This document shows, in pieces, positions 1 to 10,027 of a stretch of 64,000 nucleotides of DNA (its first letter is position 1; every line of letters begins with the position of its first letter). The DNA lies in the NCBI GenBank assembly GCA_019721075.1, contig JAHEAD010000001.1, positions 248,001 through 312,000 of the forward strand, written 5' to 3'. The position numbers and the translations under genes are program-made. Source of the DNA: Candidatus Sysuiplasma jiujiangense (GTDB lineage: Archaea; Thermoplasmatota; Thermoplasmata; Sysuiplasmatales; Sysuiplasmataceae). The notes beneath the pieces are model-generated. The model did not search any database. It was not told the DNA's origin and saw only the letters and a list, made by a program, of their open reading frames with translations.

Positions 1-193
1 AAAGAAATTCGATGAAGCTGTTGGTGTGGATATGGTGATTCTCACCAAGATAGACGCGGATGCGAAGGGAGGAAGTGCCTTGTCTGTCACCAGAGCAATC
101 AGGAAACCGATAGTCTTTCTTGGAACCGGTCAGAAATACGAGGATCTAATGCCATTCAGGCCAGAGTGGATGGCAGAGAGGCTGGTTTCCTGA
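1..193 (+). CDS. ftsY: SRP receptor FtsY, C-terminal fragment (5' truncated by window)
   Basis: Frame 2 translates as ...ILTKIDADAKGGSALS...KPIVFLGTGQKYEDL...; these are the SRP-GTPase TKxD, DAKGG and GTGQ motifs. Stop at 191-193. Confidence 0.9.
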   Translation, partial: KKFDEAVGVDMVILTKIDADAKGGSALSVTRAIRKPIVFLGTGQKYEDLMPFRPEWMAERLVS

Positions 194-220
194 AATTTTT
201 GAAGCACCGGTGATTCTGAA

Positions 221-1489
221 ATGAGGTACGATGCAATTGTGGTGGGAGCCGGCGTAACAGGCCTTTCTACGGCATTCAGCCTTTCCGCCCTATCCAGGGG
301 AATGAAAATATGTGTAGTGGAGGCAAGCAGCGGCATAGCGATGGGCAATACTTCAAGGAGCGCCTCAGGATTCAGGACTTCATTTACATCAGAAATCAAC
401 AGAATTCTTGCAAAATCTACAGCCAGGTACTTCCTTGACATAGCTGCAAAAGGAGATGACATTGGTCTCAGGCAGGTTGGCTACCTCTATCTCCTCGGAG
501 AGGATAGAGCAGATCACTTTTTCAATATAGCGGACGACCTGAACAGAAACGGCTCTTCGCTGGTCGTGATGGACGGGAGAGAGATTTCAAAGAGAATACC
601 GGAAATAGTTGTTGAGCCGAAGGGGGAGGACGCCTCCGTTATGAATTTGAAGAGAATAAGCGGCGGAATATTCGATCCTGTTGCGGGAATCATCGATCCT
701 GTGAAAGTATGCGAACATTACTATGCCGGGTGTGTTAAGAACGGGGTCGAGTTCAAATTCAACACCAGGGTCAAGGGTTTCATTGCCGATGCCAGACCAA
801 AACTCGGCATATCTGGTGAACCGTTCGGATGGCAAAATGCAGAGGTCACCGGCGTATCGACGGAGGGCGGCGATCTGACCGGCAGAGTTATTGTGGCTGC
901 CGGCACCTGGACGCCTGATCTCGTCAATGAGATAGGAGTGGATGCAAGGGCAAGACCGAAAACAAGACAGATATTTGTTTTGAGAGGGCAACAGTTGTCC
1001 TCCCTCTACAGGAATCCCGGGTTCACCGGGGCCGGCATCCTCCCATTCACATTCCTTCCAGGGGGGGCCTATCTGAGACCTGAGCTGAACGATGTCTCCT
1101 TTGATATTGGATTTGCGGACGACTTCGGCCGCCCTTATAGATTTGAGGAATATCCTACGCCTGATGACAATTTTTACGAAATGCATATCAGACCTGTGCT
1201 TAAGGAATATCTCCCGGTATTCGAAAACCTGCGACCGGCGGGAAGTTGGGCCGGTCAGTACATAATCAACACATTCGACAGCAACCCGGTCATATTCAAT
1301 GAATACAATATGTTGACTGTTACCGGAATGAGCGGCAGCGGCATACTGAAGAGTTTTGCAATCGGAAGAATTGCAGCTTCCCTTTTCCTTGGCCAGGAGG
1401 AGGCAGATCTCGGGAATGGATTGAAGGCGAAAACCAGCATTCTGGATTTCAGAAACAGAACTGTACAGGCTGAAGAGCTTGTTTTTTGA
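221..1489 (+). CDS. FAD-dependent oxidoreductase (DAO / sarcosine oxidase beta-like)
   Basis: N-terminal VVGAGVTG Rossmann motif, GNTSRSASG, and C-terminal GMSGSGI. Confidence 0.85.
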   Translation: MRYDAIVVGAGVTGLSTAFSLSALSRGMKICVVEASSGIAMGNTSRSASGFRTSFTSEINRILAKSTARYFLDIAAKGDDIGLRQVGYLYLLGEDRADHFFNIADDLNRNGSSLVVMDGREISKRIPEIVVEPKGEDASVMNLKRISGGIFDPVAGIIDPVKVCEHYYAGCVKNGVEFKFNTRVKGFIADARPKLGISGEPFGWQNAEVTGVSTEGGDLTGRVIVAAGTWTPDLVNEIGVDARARPKTRQIFVLRGQQLSSLYRNPGFTGAGILPFTFLPGGAYLRPELNDVSFDIGFADDFGRPYRFEEYPTPDDNFYEMHIRPVLKEYLPVFENLRPAGSWAGQYIINTFDSNPVIFNEYNMLTVTGMSGSGILKSFAIGRIAASLFLGQEEADLGNGLKAKTSILDFRNRTVQAEELVF

Positions 1490-1495
1490 ACAATG

Positions 1496-2737
1496 CTACT
1501 GATGCCAGAGGGTGAAGAGCGATGCCATAACTTTTGCATCCTCCACCATATTCCTTATCAGCGAATACTCGTTTGGCTGGTGCGCCATGCCGCATTCGGT
1601 GCTCCAGACCGCTGCATTGAAGCCTCTGATTCTGACTATGTTTGCGCATGTCCCTCCGCCAATACCCACGAATCTTGGGTCGACCTTTCTCAACTCCTTG
1701 ACAGCCTGATATATTTTTCTGAATACTCCCTCCTCAGTGGATGAGGGCTTAGCCGCTGTGCTCTTCTTGAAAACATCAATGGTTATCTGTGCACCTGTTT
1801 GTTCGCTGAAGATCGACGCAATCTTCTTCATATCGGCCAGGACTGCGGAAACACTGTACGACGGAAGAATCCTGCAGTCAAAATAAAATTCGTCGGTGCC
1901 AGGTATTGTATTGACGTTCTCAACATTTGACAGACGTTTTGTTGGTTCGAAAGTGGAGTAAGGCAACGGTTTGAATAGTTCATCTTTGGCACCGTATTTA
2001 GAATACATGTAGTCCGTGGTGAAGGCAAGAAATCGGGAGGCGACAAGGTTTGCATTGATACCCGCAGTCGGTACACTGGCGTGGGTTTGCCTTCCGGTTG
2101 TCCTGACCCTGGCCCAAAGAGAACTCTTTTCCGCTATCTCGATTTCGTCGCCCTTCTCGCTCCCGGCGTCAGGCACGAGAAATTCATCGCCCTTGCGGAA
2201 AGCATTTTTTCTTGCCATGTACTCTATGCCCTTCCTGCTTCCGAGTTCTTCATCACTCACAAATGCAATTTTTACTGAAGGCGAAATACCGGATTCAACA
2301 ACCGCCTTTGCCGCGTACAGCGAAGCTATGAGAGACTGCCCATTGTCCTCCGATCCCCTGCCGTACAGTTTTCCGTTCCGGACAGCCGCGTCAAACGGGT
2401 CGTGCTTCCAGAGTTTTATGTCGCCTGCCGGAACGGTATCCATGTGCGAAATGACCCAGAGGCAGTTTTTACCGCCTTCCCCCAGACTTGCAACAATATT
2501 CGGCCTAACTCCATGCTTTGCAGTCCGATCGCTGGCATCGAATCTTGTGATATTGTTCATTCCATTCTCCTTCAACAAAGACACAAGAAATTCGCCTCTG
2601 TCATATTCCCCTTCTCCGCCTGATTCAGGGCTTATTGCCGGTATGCTGATCATCTGCTTGAGGGACTGGATCATTTCATTCTCCAGTGAAGACACAAAAT
2701 GCATTAATTTGCCGTCGCCAATCATCCTGATCGGCAA
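1496..2737 (-). CDS. M20 family metallo-hydrolase (DapE/ArgE-like)
   Basis: SHMDTVP, GRGSEDNG, DEE and C-terminal AHQPNE zinc-ligand motifs. Confidence 0.9.
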   Translation of the reverse strand: MPIRMIGDGKLMHFVSSLENEMIQSLKQMISIPAISPESGGEGEYDRGEFLVSLLKENGMNNITRFDASDRTAKHGVRPNIVASLGEGGKNCLWVISHMDTVPAGDIKLWKHDPFDAAVRNGKLYGRGSEDNGQSLIASLYAAKAVVESGISPSVKIAFVSDEELGSRKGIEYMARKNAFRKGDEFLVPDAGSEKGDEIEIAEKSSLWARVRTTGRQTHASVPTAGINANLVASRFLAFTTDYMYSKYGAKDELFKPLPYSTFEPTKRLSNVENVNTIPGTDEFYFDCRILPSYSVSAVLADMKKIASIFSEQTGAQITIDVFKKSTAAKPSSTEEGVFRKIYQAVKELRKVDPRFVGIGGGTCANIVRIRGFNAAVWSTECGMAHQPNEYSLIRNMVEDAKVMASLFTLWHQ

Positions 2738-2837
2738 TGAATGGATGTCGATTTAATAAAGTCTTTTGCCGTGCAGATCAAAATTTACCGCAGGGAAAGG
2801 AAGGAACTGATTTTTCCTGATTCCTGATCTTACAGCA

Positions 2838-3329
2838 TCAGGTTATACGTGGCGGCTTTTCAACAGGAACGTTGTCCACACGGACTCCAAGTTCACGCAT
2901 GAGTTCTAGGCCCATGTGTTCGGGATAGTCTTCGCTGTAGACGACGCGTCGCATCCCGGCATTGACAATCATCTTCGCGCAGGTATTGCAGGGCAATATT
3001 GTGGAATATATTGTCGCGCCGACTGCACCGGGGCCTGCCTGAATTATTGCATTCTGCTCCGCATGAACGGCTGTGCATATCTCCATTTTGGTGCCTGACG
3101 GTATCTGAAGAATATCTCTGATGCATCCAATCTCATCGCAATGCTTCATATGCCTTGGATTACCGTTGTATCCACTGCTCACTATATGATTGAGGTCGTC
3201 AACAATTATCGCTCCAATCTGCCGCCCGTTTCTGATGCAGGTACTCCTCTCAGAAATGACGTATGCAAGTTTCATGTAATAGACGTCCCTGGGTGTTCTT
3301 CCGCTTTTCGGGTTTCGTGTACCTGACAT
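2838..3329 (-). CDS. dCMP/cytidine deaminase family protein
   Basis: HAEQNA and PCNTC zinc motifs; GYNG. Confidence 0.9.
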   Translation of the reverse strand: MSGTRNPKSGRTPRDVYYMKLAYVISERSTCIRNGRQIGAIIVDDLNHIVSSGYNGNPRHMKHCDEIGCIRDILQIPSGTKMEICTAVHAEQNAIIQAGPGAVGATIYSTILPCNTCAKMIVNAGMRRVVYSEDYPEHMGLELMRELGVRVDNVPVEKPPRIT

Positions 3330-3340
3330 GCCGATACCAG

Positions 3341-3475
3341 TCTGACAGATAATCCGTCAGATTAAAAAGATGCGTCCCGGTAAGCCGGACGCCTCCATAC
3401 AAATTGCCCGGAAACCTGTAAGGTTGCCGTCTGGGCAGCGTGGGACATCGGGATTCGGGCGGCGGGACGCGCATG
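3341..3475 (-). ncRNA. Candidate structured RNA / attenuator upstream of the dCMP deaminase
   Basis: GC-rich intergenic stretch with nested helices, a hairpin at 3372-3392 followed by a U-tract on the minus strand, and an alternative pairing with 3463-3470. Confidence 0.35.
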
Positions 3476-3603
3476 TCTGAGTTGTATTTGATGCCCTGTT
3501 ACCGGCATGCTGTTCAAAGAAACAATTCTCTTTTCAGGGAAGTGTTGTCCTGAATGACCGTAGTTACCCATTGCACCTGGCACTGTTAATTTTTATCAGA
3601 CAG

Positions 3604-4170
3604 TTACCGCTCCTCGATTTCATACCAGAAATCAGAAACCGTCCCTCTCCTCGCTTCTTTATCCTTATATCTCGCTTTCACTGCTGTGCCTGATTCCACA
3701 TGTTCCCGACCCTTGAGATCAATCCGCTGCAGAATGGCCGTGTCTGCATCCACTGGCTTTACGTATGCCACTGCATACGGTACTTTGTCAAAGAATTCGG
3801 ATGTTGCGTACCACGAGGTCGTACCGGAAAGCACCGTGCCTCTGTCACTAACTCTTATCCACTCGGTATCGGAATAGCATTCTGAACATTTGATCCTCGG
3901 AGGAAAATGGACAATACCACATCCGCGGCATTTTGTGCCGTACAGCATTGCATTGTCCATGAGTTCCCTGAAAAATTTAGACTGCATGCCGTAGCTGTAC
4001 TTGTAAAACATCACCATCTTATCCGGAATTTCGAAGTATTCTTCACGCTCAAGAACTGAACTGTTTCTTTCCAGCTTTCCGGCAATGATGCTGTCAATGA
4101 CGCTTTCAAGCGGTTCCGATTTTAGCTCCTTCCTGGCGGTCTCCTTCGCCTTCTCGGTTGATGTTTTCAT
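3604..4170 (-). CDS. DUF35-type Zn-ribbon/OB-fold protein (thiolase partner)
   Basis: CRGCG...PPRIKCSEC zinc ribbon followed by an OB fold; directly downstream of a thiolase. ATG at 4170 chosen as start. Confidence 0.85.
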   Translation of the reverse strand: MKTSTEKAKETARKELKSEPLESVIDSIIAGKLERNSSVLEREEYFEIPDKMVMFYKYSYGMQSKFFRELMDNAMLYGTKCRGCGIVHFPPRIKCSECYSDTEWIRVSDRGTVLSGTTSWYATSEFFDKVPYAVAYVKPVDADTAILQRIDLKGREHVESGTAVKARYKDKEARRGTVSDFWYEIEER

Positions 4171-4171
4171 T

Positions 4172-5425
4172 TCACCCTCCTCCGAGAATCGCGACGGAAC
4201 AGTAGGACGACCCGGGTCCTCCAATGGAGTGGGCAAGACCGATGCCATTCCTGGTCTCCACCTGCCTCTTCTGCGCGCGGTGCCTGATCTGGCAGACTAT
4301 TTCGCCAATCTGCATTACTCCCGTCGCCCCAACAGCATGACCAGCGCCTAAAAGACCGCCGGAAGGCGATACCGGGATTGCACCGTCTGAAAGAGGCACG
4401 CCATCCTCTATGAATTTTCCACCCTTTCCCCTTTCCGCAAAGCCCATTGCCTCGTATCCCTGTATTTCTGTGAAACTGAAGGCATCATGCAACTCAGCTA
4501 CATCTATTTCCTTCTTCGGATTCACGATGCCGGCCATTTTATAAGCCTGGCGGGCGGCCTCGTAATGGTTCCGCAGATCGGCAATATCCCCATATCTTCC
4601 CATTCTGTCCCTTATAGATCTTGAGCCTGTAAATGCCTTGTCATTGGATGATCCTATTCCCATGACCCAAACAGGATCTCTTGCATTCGTCTCAACGACC
4701 TTCCGCTCGCTCATCAGTACAAGCGCATACGCACCTTCAGTGTAGAGGGAACAGTCCAGCATCTTGAAGGGATAGGATATCATCCTGGAAGACATCACGT
4801 CGGAGACAGTTATCTTCATTGGGCTCTGCGCAAACGGGTTGTTCATAGCGTTGCCGTGATTCTTCACGCTCACAAGCGCAGCCTGCTCCTCTGTTGTTCC
4901 GTATTTCCTCATATGCGCAGCAGCAAGTATCGCATATGAGGATGCAGCAGACGTTCCCAGGGGAAATTCCCATGTCATATCTGCACTGTAAGCGATCGAT
5001 TTTATCACTTCCGGTGTCGCCTTGCCCTGCGCCCAGTCATAACAATCCTGTGCCTTCTCAACACCGATCAGAAGCGTGGTGTCGGCAAGTCCGGACGCTA
5101 TTTCCGCGTATGCCGATCTGAAGGCATAACCTCCGGTTGCCCCTCCGGTTGTTACCCTCAGGCCCGGTTTCCCGTACATTCCAATATAGTCGTGCACGTA
5201 GGTGTCTGGCATTATCTGCCTTTCGAAAAGGTCGTTGTATATTCCATAGACGACAGAATCTATATCTTCGATACCCGTATCCGAGTCCTTCATAGCGTTG
5301 GTAGCAGCCTCGAATGCGAGTTCATAGTACGTCATTCCGGGAGATCTAGCTTCGAATTTTGTCTGACCTGCGCCGACTACCGCAACCCTCCTTTTTTCAG
5401 CCTTCAGCTCCTTGTAAATGCTCAC
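4172..5425 (-). CDS. SCP-x-type thiolase family protein
   Basis: VKNHGNA, ELHDAF and SGGLLGAGHAVGATG motifs. Confidence 0.9.
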   Translation of the reverse strand: MSIYKELKAEKRRVAVVGAGQTKFEARSPGMTYYELAFEAATNAMKDSDTGIEDIDSVVYGIYNDLFERQIMPDTYVHDYIGMYGKPGLRVTTGGATGGYAFRSAYAEIASGLADTTLLIGVEKAQDCYDWAQGKATPEVIKSIAYSADMTWEFPLGTSAASSYAILAAAHMRKYGTTEEQAALVSVKNHGNAMNNPFAQSPMKITVSDVMSSRMISYPFKMLDCSLYTEGAYALVLMSERKVVETNARDPVWVMGIGSSNDKAFTGSRSIRDRMGRYGDIADLRNHYEAARQAYKMAGIVNPKKEIDVAELHDAFSFTEIQGYEAMGFAERGKGGKFIEDGVPLSDGAIPVSPSGGLLGAGHAVGATGVMQIGEIVCQIRHRAQKRQVETRNGIGLAHSIGGPGSSYCSVAILGGG

Positions 5426-5856
5426 TTTATTCCCCCGTTACCATTCGTAGATCGCTCAAGGTGGAGCGTCCCGAATTCCATCACAGTTTCATTCCTCTGA
5501 TTTAAAGTTCTGGCCTCGGTAGTGACAGAAACCGTCCCGGGCAGCGACTCCTTTCTGACGCTGCTGTAAACAACAGTCAGAGTGTCCCCAATTCTCACCG
5601 GTTTGACGAACCTGACATACTCTATCGACTTCAGTGCCATGAAAACATCGACATTAATAACCCCAGATCTGATCATCAGCCCAAGCGAGACCGACAGTGT
5701 CAGATATCCATGTGCCACCCTCTCCCTGAAGATACTTCTTTCCGCGGCCTCTTTGTCTGTGTGGAGATAAGTCCAGTCTCCGGTAAAATAGGAAAACACA
5801 ACAATATCCGTTTCGGTAATTGTCCTCCCTTCAGTTCTGACTTCCGTGGCAATCAG
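5422..5856 (-). CDS. MaoC-like dehydratase (start codon uncertain)
   Basis: GRTITETDI...FSYFTGDWTYLH...VAHG hydratase motif. The frame is open upstream of the GTG at 5799 as far as 5859. Confidence 0.8.
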   Translation of the reverse strand: MIATEVRTEGRTITETDIVVFSYFTGDWTYLHTDKEAAERSIFRERVAHGYLTLSVSLGLMIRSGVINVDVFMALKSIEYVRFVKPVRIGDTLTVVYSSVRKESLPGTVSVTTEARTLNQRNETVMEFGTLHLERSTNGNGGIK

Positions 5857-5867
5857 ACCTCATCAGC

Positions 5868-7340
5868 TTAAGTTTGTGTCTCCGGCCCCGTGTAGAGATC
5901 CTTGTATCCCTCACGAAGCTCCTTCTTCAGGATCTTCCCGCTGGCGTTGTGCGGAAGAGCATCAAGTACGATAATCCTCTTCGGCACCTTGTATCCGGCC
6001 ATCCCTTGCCCGAGTTTTTCCAGCGTTTCAGAGATCACAAGCGTACGGTCCTTCTTCAATGTGACAAACGCTGTTACCGCTTCCAGCCAGTACGGATGAG
6101 GCAGACCTACAACAGCAGCCTCTGCTATGCGACTGTCACGCAGAATTTCTCTCTCAACTTCAACAGAGGAAACGTTTTCTCCGCCGGTCCTTATGATATC
6201 CTTTTTTCTGTCGACAAAATAAAGGAATCCGTCCCTGTCCCTTATAGCAAGATCGCCCGTGTGTACCCAGCCTTCACGGAAGGTATTTTTCGTGTTTTCC
6301 GGGTCATTGAAATAACCTTTTGCTACTGTTGGCCCTTTCATCAGTATCTCACCTGTTTCGCCTGGCCCGGCTTCGCTTCCGTCCTCCCTGACAATCCTGA
6401 TTGAAATATTGACATGTGGCTTTCCAATGGACTCCTTCCTCGGACTGAAATCGGCGGGTTGAAGCGTAGTTCCCATCGGCGTCGTTTCCGTCATTCCATA
6501 ATAGTTTCTCCACTGCACGCCCGGAAATACTTTTGACACAGCTTCGAACTGCGACTCACTAATGAACGCACCGAAACTTATACACTTCCTGACTGACAAA
6601 AGGGGGTCCTTCAGGACTTGTGAAAGCCCGATATAGAGTGTCGGCGGGAAGATAAGATAACTGACGTTATGCCTTCTTATCAGTTCAACTATTTCCGCAG
6701 GCTTGGGCGTTCTCTCGAGCACTATTGTCGCTCCAACGTTCATGAAGCCGAGAAAAGTGTACATGCCAGCCACGTGGTAAGCAGGTATGCTCAGCAGAAA
6801 TGTGTCATGATGTTCCCAATTCAGATCGTGTACAGCGCTCAGAAGAGCGGCGTACCAGTTGAGATGTGTGTTCATCACACCTTTGGGTCTGGCCTCAGTT
6901 CCAGAAGTATACAGGAGTGTTGCAATATCGTCCGGTGCAGTTTCGCAGATAAAGTCATCCCTGCCTTCAATCCTGATTTTATCGAATTCGATTGCTTCTG
7001 TACCCATTTCGTGGAGGGTCTGATCGGAAAAAAGGAGCGCCGGGTTTGAATGTGAAACGAGGTCCCTGACCTCATTGATTTTCAGGTTGAAATTATATGG
7101 TGAGAATATGGCTCCCATCCGGCATGCTGCCATCCAGAGTTCAAGCATTTCCAGGCGGTTTTTGGAAAGCACAGCAATAATGTCACCCTGTTCTATTCCT
7201 TTACCCTTCAGGTACGACGTCCAGCCCAGCACCCTTTCTCTGAAATCCGAATAATTAATCTGGCTATCACCAAATATGATGAACGGTTTTGCCGGCCACT
7301 TCTCGGCAGAGCGGTCGAGAACTTCGGAGATGTTCAACAT
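5868..7340 (-). CDS. Acyl-CoA synthetase (AMP-binding)
   Basis: YTSGTEARPKG, YGMTET, TGD and GKILK motifs. Confidence 0.92.
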   Translation of the reverse strand: MLNISEVLDRSAEKWPAKPFIIFGDSQINYSDFRERVLGWTSYLKGKGIEQGDIIAVLSKNRLEMLELWMAACRMGAIFSPYNFNLKINEVRDLVSHSNPALLFSDQTLHEMGTEAIEFDKIRIEGRDDFICETAPDDIATLLYTSGTEARPKGVMNTHLNWYAALLSAVHDLNWEHHDTFLLSIPAYHVAGMYTFLGFMNVGATIVLERTPKPAEIVELIRRHNVSYLIFPPTLYIGLSQVLKDPLLSVRKCISFGAFISESQFEAVSKVFPGVQWRNYYGMTETTPMGTTLQPADFSPRKESIGKPHVNISIRIVREDGSEAGPGETGEILMKGPTVAKGYFNDPENTKNTFREGWVHTGDLAIRDRDGFLYFVDRKKDIIRTGGENVSSVEVEREILRDSRIAEAAVVGLPHPYWLEAVTAFVTLKKDRTLVISETLEKLGQGMAGYKVPKRIIVLDALPHNASGKILKKELREGYKDLYTGPETQT

Positions 7341-7496
7341 TGGTTTCTGGTAGTGTGCTATGCATTGTTACCATAAAATATTGTTGGCCCGTACCCTCAT
7401 GAAAACGTTACTTGCCGGAGGCGGCAGTGCAAGAGATGTGTGGCATCATGCATTCACATATATAGCCAATGAACCGCTCAGGGTCCTGAAAAATTC

Positions 7497-8366
7497 ATGG
7501 GAAAAGAAAGCTACAATCAATTTAGCGACACCATATTGAGTGTTGCGGCTGCCATGCTCGTTGTGGTAATAATTCTTGGAACCCTCTATCTTTATACTTC
7601 TAACTGGCCACCAATGGTTGTGGTGGAATCGGGAAGTATGCAGCACAGTTCAGATTTCGCCTATCTGGGCGACCTGAATATAGGCGACATGGTGCTTGTC
7701 AAAAAGGTTACCTCGGTTTCCCAGATAACAACATACGTTCAGGGTGAACAAAACGGTTTCTCTTCCTATGGCGAATTTGGAAATGTTATAATTTACAGAC
7801 CATATGGGAACAGTTCAATACTCATAATCCATAGAGCTATAGTCTATCTTCAGTACAATTCCACCGGAGGCGGATTCAACATACCTTCGCTGGCCCGCCT
7901 GAATTATTCCGACTGGTTTGTCATTACCCCGACAGGCGACAAAAATTATGTAAGCAACGTAATTTACAATGTCGAAATAAAAAACGTTGGGTACCCCCAT
8001 ACTCCCGTCATAATACCTGTCAAGGAGATACTCAGAATAAACGCCCGATTCAGCGGCTTCATAACGATGGGAGACTACAATCACGCGCACTGGGGCGAAA
8101 ATGCAACCGACCAGAGTCTTGGAATATTTCCAGATCCGGTTAAACTTCAATGGGTGGTAGGTGTTGCTACCGGTCTGCTACCATATTTCGGCCTTATCAA
8201 GCTATTTTTTGACGGAGGGATTCCCGCGGGCACTCCCCAAAACAGCATTTATGCTCTCGTCCTGATAATTGCAGGGGTTGTCTTTCTGGGCATCGGCACC
8301 CTTGAACTTATAGGATTTATCAAAAACAGGAGAGAGAAGAATAACGAACCAGAGACGAAGAAATGA
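7497..8366 (+). CDS. Signal peptidase I (S26, archaeal type)
   Basis: VVESGSM catalytic Ser, GDMV, IIHR and ITMGDYN; N- and C-terminal TM helices. Confidence 0.85.
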   Translation: MGKESYNQFSDTILSVAAAMLVVVIILGTLYLYTSNWPPMVVVESGSMQHSSDFAYLGDLNIGDMVLVKKVTSVSQITTYVQGEQNGFSSYGEFGNVIIYRPYGNSSILIIHRAIVYLQYNSTGGGFNIPSLARLNYSDWFVITPTGDKNYVSNVIYNVEIKNVGYPHTPVIIPVKEILRINARFSGFITMGDYNHAHWGENATDQSLGIFPDPVKLQWVVGVATGLLPYFGLIKLFFDGGIPAGTPQNSIYALVLIIAGVVFLGIGTLELIGFIKNRREKNNEPETKK

Positions 8367-9629
8367 TCAGATTAGCGTCGTCTGTACCTTTGCTCCGGAT
8401 GTTTTGTAAGCTTTAAGAAGTTCGTCGTCGACGAGTATGTCCCTTGTCTCATTGAGCGATACTGCGAGTTCAACTTCCTTCGTACGGCCACCCCTGCCGA
8501 AAGATCTTACCCTTGCCCTTAATATCCCCAGCATATCCAGCTCAGACAGCAGATCGCCTATCCTCCTCTGAGAAAGCGGAGTAACACCAACAGAATTGCA
8601 GAGACTGTGATAAACCTCATAAACGTCACCCGTTGTCATCACTTTCCTCTTTTCCGAGTGTATGACTATCGAAAGCAATAGTATTTTAGACTGATATGGA
8701 AGAGTCCTGAGGGTCTCAGACACGGTGTCCAGTTCTATCTTCTCTTTAGCCCTGTACACATCCGCCGAAGTTATCCTGGGCCGACCTTCCCGCTCTGCCG
8801 ATTCCGCGGAAACCCTGAGGAGTTCAAGCGCCCTCCTGGCATCTCCATGTTCCTGAGCGGCAAATGCAGAGCAGAGTGGTATTACGTCCGGATCCAGTGT
8901 ACCTTCGATAAAAACCATTCCCGCCCTCTCCCGAAGAATGTCCGAAAGTTCGCCGGCATCATATGGTGAAAAAACAATTCTTTCTTCACCTAGTCTGCTC
9001 CTTACTCGTGCATCAAGATAGTCTGTAAATTTCAAATCGTTTGCTATCCCTATTATCGAGAGTTTGGATTTGTGAAGATCGTCGTTTATTCTGGAAAGAT
9101 TGTAAAGCAGGTCATCACCCGCTTTATAAACAAGCCTGTCAAGTTCATCGAGAACCACCACAACAAGGCTCCCGAGCTGGTCTATCTTCTCCTTGAAGAG
9201 CGAGTAAATTCTTTCCATGCTCCATCCATTGTATGGCGCTCGCTCATCGGGTTTATCTATAAACCCATTGACAATATGCTGTATCACACCGTAATTTGTA
9301 TCGGCTTCGCAGCAGTTAACATAGACAAAGATTACATCGTTTGTTCTCATAGCTTTGGAAGCTTCTTTTGCAATAAATTTCACTGATGCAGTTTTTCCGG
9401 TTCCTGTCTTGCCGAATACCAGAACGTTCGAAGGGCGTTCTCCCTTCAGCCCTATAGATATGATGGCGGCAAGCTGATCTATTTCCCTTTCCCTGTGAGG
9501 GAGGTTGTCCGGTACATATGACGGTCTCAGTTTCTCTCTGTCATCCCTGAACAGTTGCAGTGCCGAAGAGTAGCGATCGAAGACATTTGCCTTTATCAAT
9601 GACTCATGAACGACAGCATGTTCAGTCAT
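8367..9629 (-). CDS. cdc6: Orc1/Cdc6 replication initiator
   Basis: LPHRE, Walker A GKTGTGKT, Walker B LDELD, HGDAR and C-terminal wHTH GRGGRT. Confidence 0.96.
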   Translation of the reverse strand: MTEHAVVHESLIKANVFDRYSSALQLFRDDREKLRPSYVPDNLPHREREIDQLAAIISIGLKGERPSNVLVFGKTGTGKTASVKFIAKEASKAMRTNDVIFVYVNCCEADTNYGVIQHIVNGFIDKPDERAPYNGWSMERIYSLFKEKIDQLGSLVVVVLDELDRLVYKAGDDLLYNLSRINDDLHKSKLSIIGIANDLKFTDYLDARVRSRLGEERIVFSPYDAGELSDILRERAGMVFIEGTLDPDVIPLCSAFAAQEHGDARRALELLRVSAESAEREGRPRITSADVYRAKEKIELDTVSETLRTLPYQSKILLLSIVIHSEKRKVMTTGDVYEVYHSLCNSVGVTPLSQRRIGDLLSELDMLGILRARVRSFGRGGRTKEVELAVSLNETRDILVDDELLKAYKTSGAKVQTTLI

Positions 9630-9639
9630 CTAAAAATCC

Positions 9640-10021
9640 ATATCTCCCACCGTTTCACCAAGGTAAGAGAACGGTAAAAATTCACCTATACTAAAAGCTT
9701 CTTTTTATCCTCCTCTTCGAGTAAATAAAAAACATTTTCTAGTGCTGTTCCAATAGCAAAACGTTCACGTTAAATTATAACATAATTATACATTAAACAT
9801 TTTTAAAACAACAACTATAGAGTCCATGGTTTCCACTGGAAAAGGCTGTAATCTGCCTGTATCAATTAACTGTGTTATCGAAATCATATCCAAAAAGCTG
9901 TTAAGGTGTATTATTGAACAGGATCGACGTACAGATCAAAAAATATCTGGTACCATTGCCAGCTATAAAGCCAGCCACAGCATGATAGTATCAACATTCC
10001 AGTGGAAACCATGGACTCTAT
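9640..10021. promoter_or_regulatory. Chromosomal replication origin (oriC) with inverted ORB pair
   Basis: Perfect 25-bp inverted repeat at 9817-9841 and 9997-10021 containing TTCCAGTGGAAAC. AT-rich surroundings, immediately upstream of cdc6. Confidence 0.88.
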
Positions 10022-10027
10022 GAATGG

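Noticed and set aside
3371..3472. tRNA, 5S rRNA, SRP RNA or known ribozyme
   Set aside because: No cloverleaf or T-loop, no SRP GGAA motif, and no hammerhead, twister or HDV core. Kept only as an unknown structured RNA.
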